Source: Flavobacteriales bacterium (GTDB lineage: Bacteria > Bacteroidota > Bacteroidia > Flavobacteriales_D > UBA2798). Taken from it: 64,000 bases of DNA. Positions within the stretch are counted from its first letter, which is position 1. Every line of letters begins with the position of its first letter. This document shows, piece by piece, positions 20,030-30,800 of this stretch. The position numbers were made by a program, and so were the translations under genes. Where the stretch lies: the NCBI GenBank assembly GCA_037443205.1, contig JBBIOU010000002.1, positions 118,849 to 182,848 on the forward strand. Direction: 5' to 3'. The notes below the pieces were generated by a model. It was not told the origin of the DNA. It searched no databases and saw only the letters and a program-made list of their open reading frames with translations.

Positions 20030-22579
20030 TTAAAATCTTAATCCAAGCATTAAAAAATAAGTAGTTCCTAAATGGTAGGTATATTTAGGAGGAAATTTAT
20101 TTACATCATTAGGGTCGAAACGCAGCTGTTCAAAACCTCCGGTGGCAAATGTTTTATTGTTAAGTAAATTATTTACTGAGATATTCAAATTTAAAAAATA
20201 TTGCTTTATTTTCCAGGATTTTCCGGCATAAAAATCTATTATATAAGCATTGCTTAATTTTTCCTGGCGTATGTTTTGGTTCCATTGCGGGTCTGTAGTA
20301 ACAAAATTAGCAAGTGCCTCTTCGGTTCTTCTGTCGGGGTTTGGTTCCAGGTAAATATTTGCATAGTAATTAAAATTTGCTCCTGCAAACCAGAATTTTT
20401 TTCCGCTGTATTTAACTCCTGCTGATGCAGCTGTTTGCGGCATATTTCCTAAGCGATAATTTTTTATATATACGGTTCTGTTTGCAAGTATTTCAGACGA
20501 ATTATCGCGGGTAATGGTTGCTGTTGGTCTGGAATTAAACAGGTGTTGCCCGTGCGCAAATACACCTATCAAAGTAAGCTGCTGGGTTAGGTTACCTTCT
20601 ATGCCTAATTCAATGCCTGTATGCAAAAAATCTACACCGTTCATAGTATAGTTTACTAAGTTTCTGTATTCTTCATGAAAGAAACTGCGGCTCCATAATT
20701 GGTCATTTATCTGAGTATAATACAGCGTAGCTCTGGTTTTAATGTTGGTATAGCGGGCAATATAATTTATATCGCCCGAAAGAATTTTTTCACTGGTTAA
20801 TCCGTCAATTAGGTTATCACGTGTACGCGGAGAAACGTAGGCTATACGAACTTGTGGCGGGCGCGTTAAATACATTCCGTTTATGGTAACATAATTACGG
20901 CCGTTTATTTTATAAGTAGCACCCATTTTTGCTCCATAATTCAAAAAGTTTTGTTTTTTGGAGGTTCCTGCCGAATTTTCCGGAAATTTGCCGTTTGCCC
21001 ATTCAGAAGTTCTCCAGAAAGCGGTTTGCGAAAGTTGAATGCCTGCATAAAACTCTAATTGTCCGATATTATATTCTAATTGCGAAAATGCTTCGTGTTG
21101 ATTTACCTGTATCGTATAATTATATCCAAATTTTTCGTTTTGTTTAATTATTTTATTGGGTGTACTTATATCGTTTTGTACTGCCGAACCATCCGAAGAA
21201 AGCTGCTCGGCAAATTGGTCAACATCCAACCAGTAATCGCCACCCAATAAATCATTTACTGTTTTAAAATATATACCTTGATGCTTAATACCGGTGTATC
21301 CGGCACTTAAATATAGCTTATCGTTTACTTTATTATTATAAATAATATTCCATCCTAATTGTTTCACATCACTGCGTTGCTCTTCTACAATATATTTAGA
21401 ACGCAAACCGGTAACATTGTTGCCGCTTATTCCGTTTGCATTAACCACAGTGTGTAAGTTATTGTAATTTGCATAATATAATTCATCCCAATTTATTTGT
21501 CTGGTATTTACATCGGTTTGCCAAAGTTCGGTAAGGCGTTGAGCTTCGGCCGGGTTGGTGAGAGCGTAATAACTGGGCAAATAACGATAATAATCTGGTC
21601 GGGGGTCTTTGGTATCATTCCAGTTCAGCGCTGTAATACCTCTTCGACCGAAATTATAATATAGGGATGATTGTAATTTAGATTTTTCGGATATTCTCCA
21701 TAAGTGTGTAAGCATAATAACCGGTGTATGATTTTTAGCTACACGGGCGCTGCGTTTTTTACCTTGTTGATAACCCCAAAAGGGATTGTAATAATTATTA
21801 CCTGCCAAATTGTAAGCCTCTTGTGTAGCAATTCCTTGCCGTGCTTGTGTTAATGGGGCTGCAAATACACTTAGGTTAATTGTATGATTTGTATTTATTT
21901 TTTTTTCAGCTGCTGCAAAATAGCTCCATGCTTCAAAATAAGTGCCTTCTACATAACCCTCATTGGCATAACGCATAGATCCAGAGAAACTAAAATTCCA
22001 GCCGTTTTTCATTTCTCCGGTGCTGGTGGTGTACATTACCCGATGATCGTAGCTTCGGTTTGATAAGGCATATGATATTTTATGCCCCTTTCGTATAGAT
22101 GAAGCACGGGTATTGATATTGGTATAACCTCCCGGACCGCCAAAATTAATTCTGCATGCACTTATGCCTGTGTGTATTTCCATATAACGGGTAACATCAT
22201 TTAAGCCTCCCCATGATGACCAACTGGCCCAACCCGTTTCTAAGTCATTAACTTTTACTCCGTTTATCATTATTATATTGTTTTCCGGATCATATCCACG
22301 GATACGAAAACGGGCATTACCAAAATTAAATCCGGCTGTTGATGTAAAAATATCGCGTGATGATTGCAATATGCCTGATATATCTTGTGCGTCTAAATCC
22401 GATTCGGCTTCTCCGGAATTTGAACTAAAAATTGGTATGCGAACCACATTGAGTGAGTCTTCTTTTAAAAGTGCATTTTGTGAGGTATCGTTTTCTTTAA
22501 ATGTAGTTTCAATTTTGTTTTGTGCACAAACATTAAAGTAAAATATCAATAAAAAAATAAGCGCTAAAAATTTATTCAT
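20030..22579 (-). CDS. TonB-dependent outer-membrane transporter (no SusD-like partner)
   Basis: The protein is 849 aa with a signal peptide. The plug region reads DISGILQSSRDIF..FRIRGYD..IMINGVKVNDLE. The rest has a long beta-barrel-like alternating pattern and ends in the terminal aromatic ..MLGLRF. Confidence 0.88.
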   Translation of the reverse strand: MNKFLALIFLLIFYFNVCAQNKIETTFKENDTSQNALLKEDSLNVVRIPIFSSNSGEAESDLDAQDISGILQSSRDIFTSTAGFNFGNARFRIRGYDPENNIIMINGVKVNDLETGWASWSSWGGLNDVTRYMEIHTGISACRINFGGPGGYTNINTRASSIRKGHKISYALSNRSYDHRVMYTTSTGEMKNGWNFSFSGSMRYANEGYVEGTYFEAWSYFAAAEKKINTNHTINLSVFAAPLTQARQGIATQEAYNLAGNNYYNPFWGYQQGKKRSARVAKNHTPVIMLTHLWRISEKSKLQSSLYYNFGRRGITALNWNDTKDPRPDYYRYLPSYYALTNPAEAQRLTELWQTDVNTRQINWDELYYANYNNLHTVVNANGISGNNVTGLRSKYIVEEQRSDVKQLGWNIIYNNKVNDKLYLSAGYTGIKHQGIYFKTVNDLLGGDYWLDVDQFAEQLSSDGSAVQNDISTPNKIIKQNEKFGYNYTIQVNQHEAFSQLEYNIGQLEFYAGIQLSQTAFWRTSEWANGKFPENSAGTSKKQNFLNYGAKMGATYKINGRNYVTINGMYLTRPPQVRIAYVSPRTRDNLIDGLTSEKILSGDINYIARYTNIKTRATLYYTQINDQLWSRSFFHEEYRNLVNYTMNGVDFLHTGIELGIEGNLTQQLTLIGVFAHGQHLFNSRPTATITRDNSSEILANRTVYIKNYRLGNMPQTAASAGVKYSGKKFWFAGANFNYYANIYLEPNPDRRTEEALANFVTTDPQWNQNIRQEKLSNAYIIDFYAGKSWKIKQYFLNLNISVNNLLNNKTFATGGFEQLRFDPNDVNKFPPKYTYHLGTTYFLMLGLRF

Positions 22580-22857
22580 AAATTATTATCAGCGCACAAA
22601 AGTATGATATTTATACTGATTATACTTTAAGGTTAAATACTTTTAATAATAAATTAATCCTTATTAAACAACAAAAAGTTTAACAAGATAGTTAAATTTT
22701 TTGCGAGACATATTAAAACATCTTTTATATTAAATCTGATTATGAGCCTATGCTAAGGATAATTGTAAAACTCCGGAATTAAATATAATTTAATAACTAA
22801 ATTTATTTATTGCGGAAAATAATTTGCGTAATTTGCATAAAATGTAAAATTGAGGTT

Positions 22858-23901
22858 ATGAGAAGTTTCGTGCTGTTAATATTTATGTGTTCTTACTTTT
22901 TGCAAGTATCGGCACAATTAGATAAAAACAAAAAGTACTTGGTTAGCTGTATAGCTTTTTATAATGTAGAAAATCTTTATGACACCATTGACTCACCAGG
23001 TGTTAACGACCATGAATTTACCCCCAACGGTCCCAACCAATGGAATACACTTAAATATTATAAAAAATTAGACCGTTTAGCAGAAGTAATTTCGCAGTTA
23101 GGAAGTGAAGCCACCCCTGACGGGCCGGCTGTAATCGGCTTATGCGAAGTTGAGAATCTTAATGTATTGGAAGACTTGGTTAAAACAGAAAAACTTAAAA
23201 AAAACAATTACCAAATAGTACACTATGACGGGCCTGACCATAGAGGAGTAGATGTGGCTTTACTCTACAATCCTAAATATTTTAAAGCTACCAACAGCAA
23301 ATCTTATACTCTTAAAATAAATGACGACACCACTTTTAAAACCAGAGATCAGTTGGTTGTATCGGGTATTTTTGACGGTGAACCCATGCATTTTATTGTT
23401 GCACACTGGCCATCGCGCAGGGGAGGACAAAAAGCCAGTAATCCCAAAAGAATAGAAGCTGGTAAACTGGGTCGAAAAATTATTGACTCTTTAATTGCTT
23501 TAAACGCTAACGCTAAAATTGCTTATATGGGCGATTTAAATGATGACCCGGTAAATGCAAGTGTAAAAGTGCACATTAATACTTCGGCCAAAATTGATAA
23601 AACTACGGGCAATAAATTATTTAATCCTATGGAAGAGCTTTTTAAAAAAGGTATAGGAACACTTGCCTGGAAAGACTCCTGGAATTTATTTGACCAAATA
23701 ATTATTACAGCACCTTTTGTTAAACAAACTTATGCTGACTGGCAATTTTACAAAGCCAAAGTTTTTAATAAGGATTTTGTTAAACAAGACGAGGGTAATT
23801 TTAAAGGGTATCCTTTTCGTACTTTTGCAGGCGGGCAATATACAGGCGGATACAGCGATCATTTTGCCGTTTATATATTACTAATGAAAGAAAAAAAATA
23901 A
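22858..23901 (+). CDS. Secreted endonuclease/exonuclease/phosphatase (EEP) family nuclease
   Basis: The signal peptide is MRSFVLLIFMCSYFLQVSAQ. I prefer the ATG at 22858 over the TTG at 22810 used by the track. The EEP motifs GLCEVEN, VAHWPSRRGG, GDLNDDP and YSDHFAV are present. Confidence 0.85.
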   Translation: MRSFVLLIFMCSYFLQVSAQLDKNKKYLVSCIAFYNVENLYDTIDSPGVNDHEFTPNGPNQWNTLKYYKKLDRLAEVISQLGSEATPDGPAVIGLCEVENLNVLEDLVKTEKLKKNNYQIVHYDGPDHRGVDVALLYNPKYFKATNSKSYTLKINDDTTFKTRDQLVVSGIFDGEPMHFIVAHWPSRRGGQKASNPKRIEAGKLGRKIIDSLIALNANAKIAYMGDLNDDPVNASVKVHINTSAKIDKTTGNKLFNPMEELFKKGIGTLAWKDSWNLFDQIIITAPFVKQTYADWQFYKAKVFNKDFVKQDEGNFKGYPFRTFAGGQYTGGYSDHFAVYILLMKEKK

Positions 23902-26081
23902 TGTTATTTAGAAACCTCTTTACTTCTCTCTTTACACTCATAACAGTTTGCGCCTTATCGCAAGCTGTATTGCCCACCGCACATTCTTTTGACGGAAGTC
24001 CCTTGCCTGTGGGCTGGACATTAAACCTGAATATTGCACAAAACGGAATAACTTATACCTCCGGCAGCGATTCTTCACCCTCATGCCGTTTGGATGCCAG
24101 CGGAGAATACGTGCAAATACACTATGCTACACAAGCAGGAGCATTATCCTATTACATTCGTTCAACCGGTATAAACCCCGTAGTAGCTAACGGAACTCTT
24201 TTTCACCTGCAGGAATCAGTAAACGGTATAACATGGACTAACATTCGACAATTTGATGTAAGTAATTTAACCGGTAGTTTTGTTCAGTTTACCGATCAGC
24301 CCGCTGCAGCTTCCAGATACATTCGTTTTTATTATACCAACAAAGCCTCCGGAAGCAACATAGCACTCGATCAGATTCTTTTGCAGGAAGCTGCTCCCGG
24401 CCCAAATGCCGCTATAAAAGTTAAATATAACACACAAACTCTTCTCAACGGAGGAACAGTTTTTATTGGCAATAGTTCTACTCATATTTTTACAATTGAA
24501 AATAACGGCACCGCACAAACCCTAAATATAAACTCATACAACATTAGTGGTTTACATGCATCTGATTTTATCATCAGTGGCATGCCCGCTAACATCAGCC
24601 CCCAGACAAACGCCAATTTTACCCTTACTTTTACTGCCGGTGCTAACGGATCGCGTTACTCTACCATTACCATTAACAACAACGATAGCCAAAACGACCC
24701 ATTTATAATTTATATCAATGCAATTGGAGGGACTTTGGCCAGCGAGCCTCTTACACAACCATCCAACCTTTCGTTTACAAATATCAAAGCATATACATTT
24801 AACGTAAATTTTAATGCCGCTTCACCTTCACCCGATGGATACCTTGTGTTATGGAAAAAAGATTTACCGGTTACAGAAATACCCACAGACGGAGTTTCAT
24901 ACAATATTGGCGACCAAATTGGTCAGGCAAAAGTTGCCTATGTTGGTAATGCAAATACATTTATACCCAGACACGTGGTTGCCAACAGCAATTATTATTT
25001 TAAAATATTTAGTTATAATGGTTCATCAGGATTTGAAAACTATTTAACTGCCAATGCTTTGTCGGGACAGGTTTTAAGCAGCGGACAAAACATCGGTAAT
25101 TATTACAACGGTATTAACAGAAATAATCTGAATCTGGTAAGTCAATTAACTAATAAAATCAATCCACACACACAAATATATTATGGCAGCTATAGCAACA
25201 CTATTGTTGATAATTTTGAAAGCTACGACACTTCGCAAGGCAGAAAAGTTTTGCCTTGTTTATATTCTAATTACCGCTACGTTTATAACGAACCTTTTGT
25301 TTATGATACGATGAGCAGAGAACATGTTTTTGCTCACAGTTGGTTTCCTACAAATCCTGCCCAGAATAATATAGAGTATTCCGATTTATTTAATCTTTTT
25401 CCTGCTAAACTACAAAATGTTAATATGGTAAGAAGCAACTATCCGTTTGGAATAGTAGTTAATACAACCTATCAATATATGGATGGTAAACTTGGTCAGG
25501 ATATTAACGGAAATACAGTTTATGAACCCGCCAATCATATTAAAGGAAATGTTGCCCGTGCAATATTTTACATGCTTACCTGCTATAACGGAACCGGTGG
25601 CGCATGGAATTTACCAACTTTTCAAAATCAACAAATACTTAAAACCTGGCACCAGCAAGACCCTCCAGACAACTATGAAATAGCCCGCAATGAATATATT
25701 TATGCTTTACAAGGAAACCGAAACCCTTTTATTGACAGTGCAGTTTTTGCCTGCTTTATTGACTTTAGTACCATGAGCAAAATCACTAATCCTCCCGCAA
25801 GTTGCTTGCTGCTAAACTCCCCCGAAATAACTAAGGAATCTTATTTTCATATTTATCCTAACCCGAGCAGCGATATATTAAATATATACACAGCCAACAT
25901 AAATGCTTATCAAAATACCGAATGTGTTATATTTGATATTTACGGAAAACTAATTTATACAACAAATATAACGAATCAACATACCTTGTTGGATTTAAGT
26001 TTAATCCCCGAAGGATTGTACATTTTACAGTTAGCGTCTGACCATTTGCTGCATGCAGAAAAAATAATAATTGCGCGCTAA
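23901..26081 (+). CDS. Endonuclease I family nuclease with N-terminal jelly-roll, Ig-like (choice-of-anchor-D-like) and Fn3-like domains and a type-A T9SS C-terminal domain
   Basis: The endonuclease I motifs are SREHVFAHSWFP, SDLFNLFPA..N..RSNYPFG, KGNVARAIFYM and GNRNPFID. The C-terminus IYPNPSSDILNIY..IFDIYGKLIY..PEGLYILQL is a Por_Secre_tail. The start overlaps the upstream stop (TAATG). Confidence 0.88.
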   Translation: MLFRNLFTSLFTLITVCALSQAVLPTAHSFDGSPLPVGWTLNLNIAQNGITYTSGSDSSPSCRLDASGEYVQIHYATQAGALSYYIRSTGINPVVANGTLFHLQESVNGITWTNIRQFDVSNLTGSFVQFTDQPAAASRYIRFYYTNKASGSNIALDQILLQEAAPGPNAAIKVKYNTQTLLNGGTVFIGNSSTHIFTIENNGTAQTLNINSYNISGLHASDFIISGMPANISPQTNANFTLTFTAGANGSRYSTITINNNDSQNDPFIIYINAIGGTLASEPLTQPSNLSFTNIKAYTFNVNFNAASPSPDGYLVLWKKDLPVTEIPTDGVSYNIGDQIGQAKVAYVGNANTFIPRHVVANSNYYFKIFSYNGSSGFENYLTANALSGQVLSSGQNIGNYYNGINRNNLNLVSQLTNKINPHTQIYYGSYSNTIVDNFESYDTSQGRKVLPCLYSNYRYVYNEPFVYDTMSREHVFAHSWFPTNPAQNNIEYSDLFNLFPAKLQNVNMVRSNYPFGIVVNTTYQYMDGKLGQDINGNTVYEPANHIKGNVARAIFYMLTCYNGTGGAWNLPTFQNQQILKTWHQQDPPDNYEIARNEYIYALQGNRNPFIDSAVFACFIDFSTMSKITNPPASCLLLNSPEITKESYFHIYPNPSSDILNIYTANINAYQNTECVIFDIYGKLIYTTNITNQHTLLDLSLIPEGLYILQLASDHLLHAEKIIIAR

Positions 26082-26237
26082 TTTCCTTTATCGGTAAATA
26101 TCCATTTGCAAATCATATCCATCTTTCATGTTTTAATATTCATACTTATTAATAACGATTTAAGTTCTTTTATTTATGTAACGGATTTTAAATAATGCAA
26201 CAGGTTGATTTTAGTAAAATAATGTTACTTTAGCGTT

Positions 26238-27014
26238 ATGAAGCTTAGATCTATTATCATAGATGATGAAGAACCCGCAAGGGAAAATTTAAAAATTTTG
26301 CTGGAGGATTTTTGTCCCGAAATACAACTGATTGGAATGGCCGATAATATTGTTTCAGCAAAAAAAATGATTCAGGAATTAAAGCCCGAAGTTATATTTT
26401 TAGATATAAGAATGCCTTCGGGACTGGAAGGATTTGAATTGCTCGAAAGTTTACCCGACAAAAATTTTATGGTAGTTTTTGTTACAGCCTTTAAAGAATA
26501 TGCCATTAAAGCGTTTAATGCGAATGCGATACACTACATTTTAAAACCCATTGACATAGAAGAATTAAAAACAGCCGTTAAAAAAATACTTCAATGGAAA
26601 GAAAATATAAAAACAAACCCCGAAAACCTGAATATATATCTTGATGCACTAAAAAATTTATCAGAAAATTTAATTCATAAAAAAAACACCGGAAAAATTA
26701 CCATCAGCCATTCCAAAGGAATAAAAATTGTAAATGACGATGATATAATACACATCAATGCAGACAGCAATTATTCAGTAATACATTTTAAGGACGGCTC
26801 GCATTTTTTTGACACGCGCACCCTGGGAGTTTATGAAGAAATATTAAACCCGAACAAGTTTTTCCGAACTCATAAATCACACATCATTAATTTAAATGAG
26901 TTAGTCGAATATCAAACCGAACACTCTCCCATAGCCATACTGAAAAACGGACATAAAATACCTGTAGCACGCAACCGCATACAAGAATTTGTAGCCAAAA
27001 TCAAATCTTTATAG
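26238..27014 (+). CDS. LytTR-family response regulator (paralogue 1)
   Basis: The receiver domain reads IIIDDE..VIFLDIRMP..ILKP. The C-terminal LytTR domain reads FFRTHKSHIINLNEL..IPVARN. Confidence 0.92.
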   Translation: MKLRSIIIDDEEPARENLKILLEDFCPEIQLIGMADNIVSAKKMIQELKPEVIFLDIRMPSGLEGFELLESLPDKNFMVVFVTAFKEYAIKAFNANAIHYILKPIDIEELKTAVKKILQWKENIKTNPENLNIYLDALKNLSENLIHKKNTGKITISHSKGIKIVNDDDIIHINADSNYSVIHFKDGSHFFDTRTLGVYEEILNPNKFFRTHKSHIINLNELVEYQTEHSPIAILKNGHKIPVARNRIQEFVAKIKSL

Positions 27015-27020
27015 CAAACA

Positions 27021-27051
27021 GTTCGCTCAAAAAAACATACATTTCGCTAAA
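27021..27051 (+). promoter_or_regulatory. Imperfect direct repeat with 21-bp period; candidate LytTR operator
   Basis: GTTCGCTCAAA starts at about 27021 and TTTCGCTAAAC at about 27042, with 8 of 11 positions identical. Start-to-start distance is 21 bp. The pair lies 60-90 bp upstream of the ATG at 27113. Confidence 0.3.
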
Positions 27052-27112
27052 CGGCATATTTATTCTTAAATAAAGAGCGTATTATTGCTTAAATTAAAAA
27101 ACCCATTACCTT

Positions 27113-27871
27113 ATGAAACTAAAATCGATAGTGGTAGATGACGAGTATAATGCTCGCAACAACCTGAAAATGATTCTGGAAGATTTTTGCCCCGAAGTAG
27201 AAGTAGTGGGCATTGCCGAATCAACTGATAAAGCAAGGTCTTTAATCAAACAATTATCGCCCGATTTAGTTTTTTTAGATATCAAAATGCCTAAAGAAGA
27301 TGGCTTTGCATTTTTAGAAAGCATGCCCGACCGAAATTTTTCGGTTGTATTTACTACCGCACATAGCGAATTTGCACTGAAAGCTTTTAAAGCCAACGCA
27401 TTAGATTATATCGAAAAACCTATCAATATTGAAGACTTAAAAAATGCAGTAAATAAAGTAATGCTCTATCATGTAGGAAAATTAAACATAGATAACGACT
27501 TACCTGCTGCCGGTAAAGAAGAAAAAAATACCCAAATAAGTAAAGACCGAATATCACTCGCAACACGAGACGGTTTTACCATGGTTAAAAACGAAGAAAT
27601 AATTCATTTAGAAGCAAGCGATAATTACACCATGATATACATGACCGATAACAGGAGATTTTTAAGCTGTAAAAACATAAAAGTGTATGAAGAATCGCTA
27701 AATAAAGAAGTGTTTTTCAGGGTACATAAATCACATATTATTAATATTGCACATCATTTAAAAGGTTTTACACGAAACGAAGGAAATATTGCATTACTTT
27801 CAAACAATAAACAAATACCGGTTGCAAGAAGAAAGTTGCAAGACTTTCTGCAGCGTATTAACACCATCTAA
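27113..27871 (+). CDS. LytTR-family response regulator (paralogue 2)
   Basis: The receiver domain reads IVVDDE..LVFLDIKMP..IEKP. The LytTR domain reads FFRVHKSHIINIAH..IPVARR. It is clearly paralogous to the upstream gene along its whole length. Confidence 0.92.
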   Translation: MKLKSIVVDDEYNARNNLKMILEDFCPEVEVVGIAESTDKARSLIKQLSPDLVFLDIKMPKEDGFAFLESMPDRNFSVVFTTAHSEFALKAFKANALDYIEKPINIEDLKNAVNKVMLYHVGKLNIDNDLPAAGKEEKNTQISKDRISLATRDGFTMVKNEEIIHLEASDNYTMIYMTDNRRFLSCKNIKVYEESLNKEVFFRVHKSHIINIAHHLKGFTRNEGNIALLSNNKQIPVARRKLQDFLQRINTI

Positions 27872-27872
27872 T

Positions 27873-30800
27873 ATGCTGAAATACCTCCTTAAAAGCCTGA
27901 CCATATCAGGCTTTTTACTTTTAACTTTCTGCATACGGGCACAACAATATACCTTTATTAATTTTTCTACCGAACACGGTTTACCACAATCGCAGGTAAC
28001 AGCCCTGTGCCAGGATAACAGCGGTTATTTATGGTTTGCTACCCTGGGTGGTGTTAGCCGGTTTGACGGCATAGAGTTTTTAAATTTCTCTAATAAAGAC
28101 GGTTTAATAGACAATCAAAGCTACTCTTTATTCATTGACAGCAAACAAAAAATCTACATAGGCTCTGTAGGCGGATACAGCGTATATGACGGCAAAGGCT
28201 TTACTCCTGTTAAATTACCCCAACTCTACAATACTTCAAACATTTCGGCTTTTACCGAAGACGATTTAAAAAACATCTGGTTTGTAACCGAAAATATGGG
28301 CGTAGGAAAAATAAGCCCCAACGGTCAAATATCTTTTTATGACGAAAAAAAAGGATTAAACAGTAATACTCGAACCATATACTTTGACAATAATAAACAA
28401 TTATGGGTAGGCACCCGTTATGGATTATTTTTATTTGATAAAAACAAAGACCATTTTAGCCCGGTAAATATAAACGGAGTGCCCGACCGAAACATCAGCT
28501 ATATTACCCGGGATAAATACAATAATATATGGGTGGCCACCGTTGACGAAGGGGTTTATGTAAAACACCATAACACCTGGATAAACTTTGACGAAACAAA
28601 CGGATTAATCAGTAATCAAATCAGAAGTATTACCGTATGCTCCGATTCATCCATTTGGTTTTCATCCCGCTTAGGCATCAGCATATTTAAAAACAATTCT
28701 TTCAATAACATAAATACCGATAAAGGATTAACTCACTCAAACATCAGATATATAGGCGAAGACAACGAAAAAAATATTTGGATATGTACAGACGGTAAAG
28801 GAATATACAAATTTGCCGGGGAAGCATTTGTTACATATACGGTTAAAACCGGTTTAAGCAGCGATTTTGTAATGTCGCTGGTTGAAGATGCTGATAAAAA
28901 CCTTTGGTTTTCCACATACGACAAAGGCGTATGCAAATACAATGGCACAAATATTATATGTTTTGACGACTCAAAATATTTATCTAACAATACTGTTTGG
29001 ACAAGCACCAGAGATGCCGAAAATAATTTATGGTTTGGAACATCTATAGGCCTAAACAAATATGACGGTAAAAAATTTTATATTTATACCGATGATGACG
29101 GCCTGTTATCCAATAAAATCACCGCACTTTATGCAGATAATGAAAACTTATGGATTGGCACCCAAAACGGATTGAACAGATTTTATAAAGGAACCTTTAG
29201 CTCCTGTCTTAATCAAAACGGGCCTAATCCTGACAACATCAGAAATATTTATAAAGATAAACAAGGTGTTTTATGGCTGGCATCTTCTAACGGTTTGTAC
29301 GCTTACAACGGCAAAACATTTAAACAATACAAACCCTTTCCCGAAAATTCTGACAACACCCTGTATTGCATTAAACCCGCATTAAAACAAGGCTTATGGG
29401 TTGGAACTAAATCAGGATTATTTTATTTTAACAACTCCCGGTTTGAACCCGTAGTATTTAGCGATGGAGTTAGCTCTAATTATATTAATTTTCTACTGAA
29501 CGACTATATTTATTTATGGATTGGTACCAATAACGGCATCTACAGATTAAATCAACAAAAATATTTTGAAGAAGCCATCATAGAGATTAAAAACTTTACC
29601 CGCGATGAAGGTGTACCGGGAATGGAAACAAATATGAATGCAGCTTATAAAGACTCTCGCGGGTATTTATGGTTTGGCACAGACAAAGGATTGGTGCGCT
29701 TTAATGCAGATAAGGAAAAAAAATACGATGCTTTGATAAAACCCTATATTCATATTGATGATGTGAGATTATACTTTGAAAAAGCCGACTGGAAAAATTA
29801 CACGGATGTATTTGATGAGAACACAGGACTACCTCTTGACCCGAAAGTTAATTATAAAAAAAACCATTTTACTTTTTACTATACAGGCATCAGCCATACC
29901 AATCCGAAAAAATTAAAATACCGTTTTAAATTAGAAGGCTTCGACCCCGACTGGTCGCCCGAAACCGATGCACGCTTTATAACCTATTCTAACCTGCCTT
30001 ATGGCAGTTATACCTTTATGGTAAAAGCAAAAAATGAACAAGGCATTTGGTCGCATACCGCAACATTTGCTTTTACAATTAAAGCCCCGTTTTGGCTAAC
30101 CTGGTGGTTTATTGTTATGTGTTCAATACTTGTATTATTTCTGATTATCTTTTTATACAACATACGGCTAAAAGAAATTAAAAGAAAAAACGAACGGCAA
30201 CAACTTATCTATCAATCGCGCCTGCTCGAATTAGAACAACAAGCATTAAACGCCAGTATGAACAGGCATTTTATATTTAATGCGCTTAATTCCATACAAT
30301 ATTACATCAATAAACAAGACCGCTTAGAAGCCAATCGCTATTTAACCAGTTTTGCCAAGTTAATCCGAAAAAATCTGGATAGTTCTGCATCGGGTCAAAT
30401 GGTTTCGCTGTCAGAAGAACTTGAACGCCTGGAACTATACATATCCCTCGAAAACATGCGTTTTAAAAATAAATTTACCTACCAAATTAATATACAAAAT
30501 GATATTGATACCCAAAACGTGAAAATACCACCCATGCTTTTACAACCTTATGTAGAAAACAGCATTTGGCATGGCATATTACCCCTCGAACAACCCGGAC
30601 ACATTCAGCTTAACATAAATTCGTTACCCGATGGTTCTATCAAATTTGCGATTGAAGATAATGGCATTGGAATAGAAACCAGCCTGATGGAAAAAAACAA
30701 AACCAAAAACAATCACATCTCCAGAGGTATTGAAATTACCAGTGGCCGGCTGGTAGTATTGAAAAAAATATTAAACGAAGAAATAATAATTAATGGCCCG

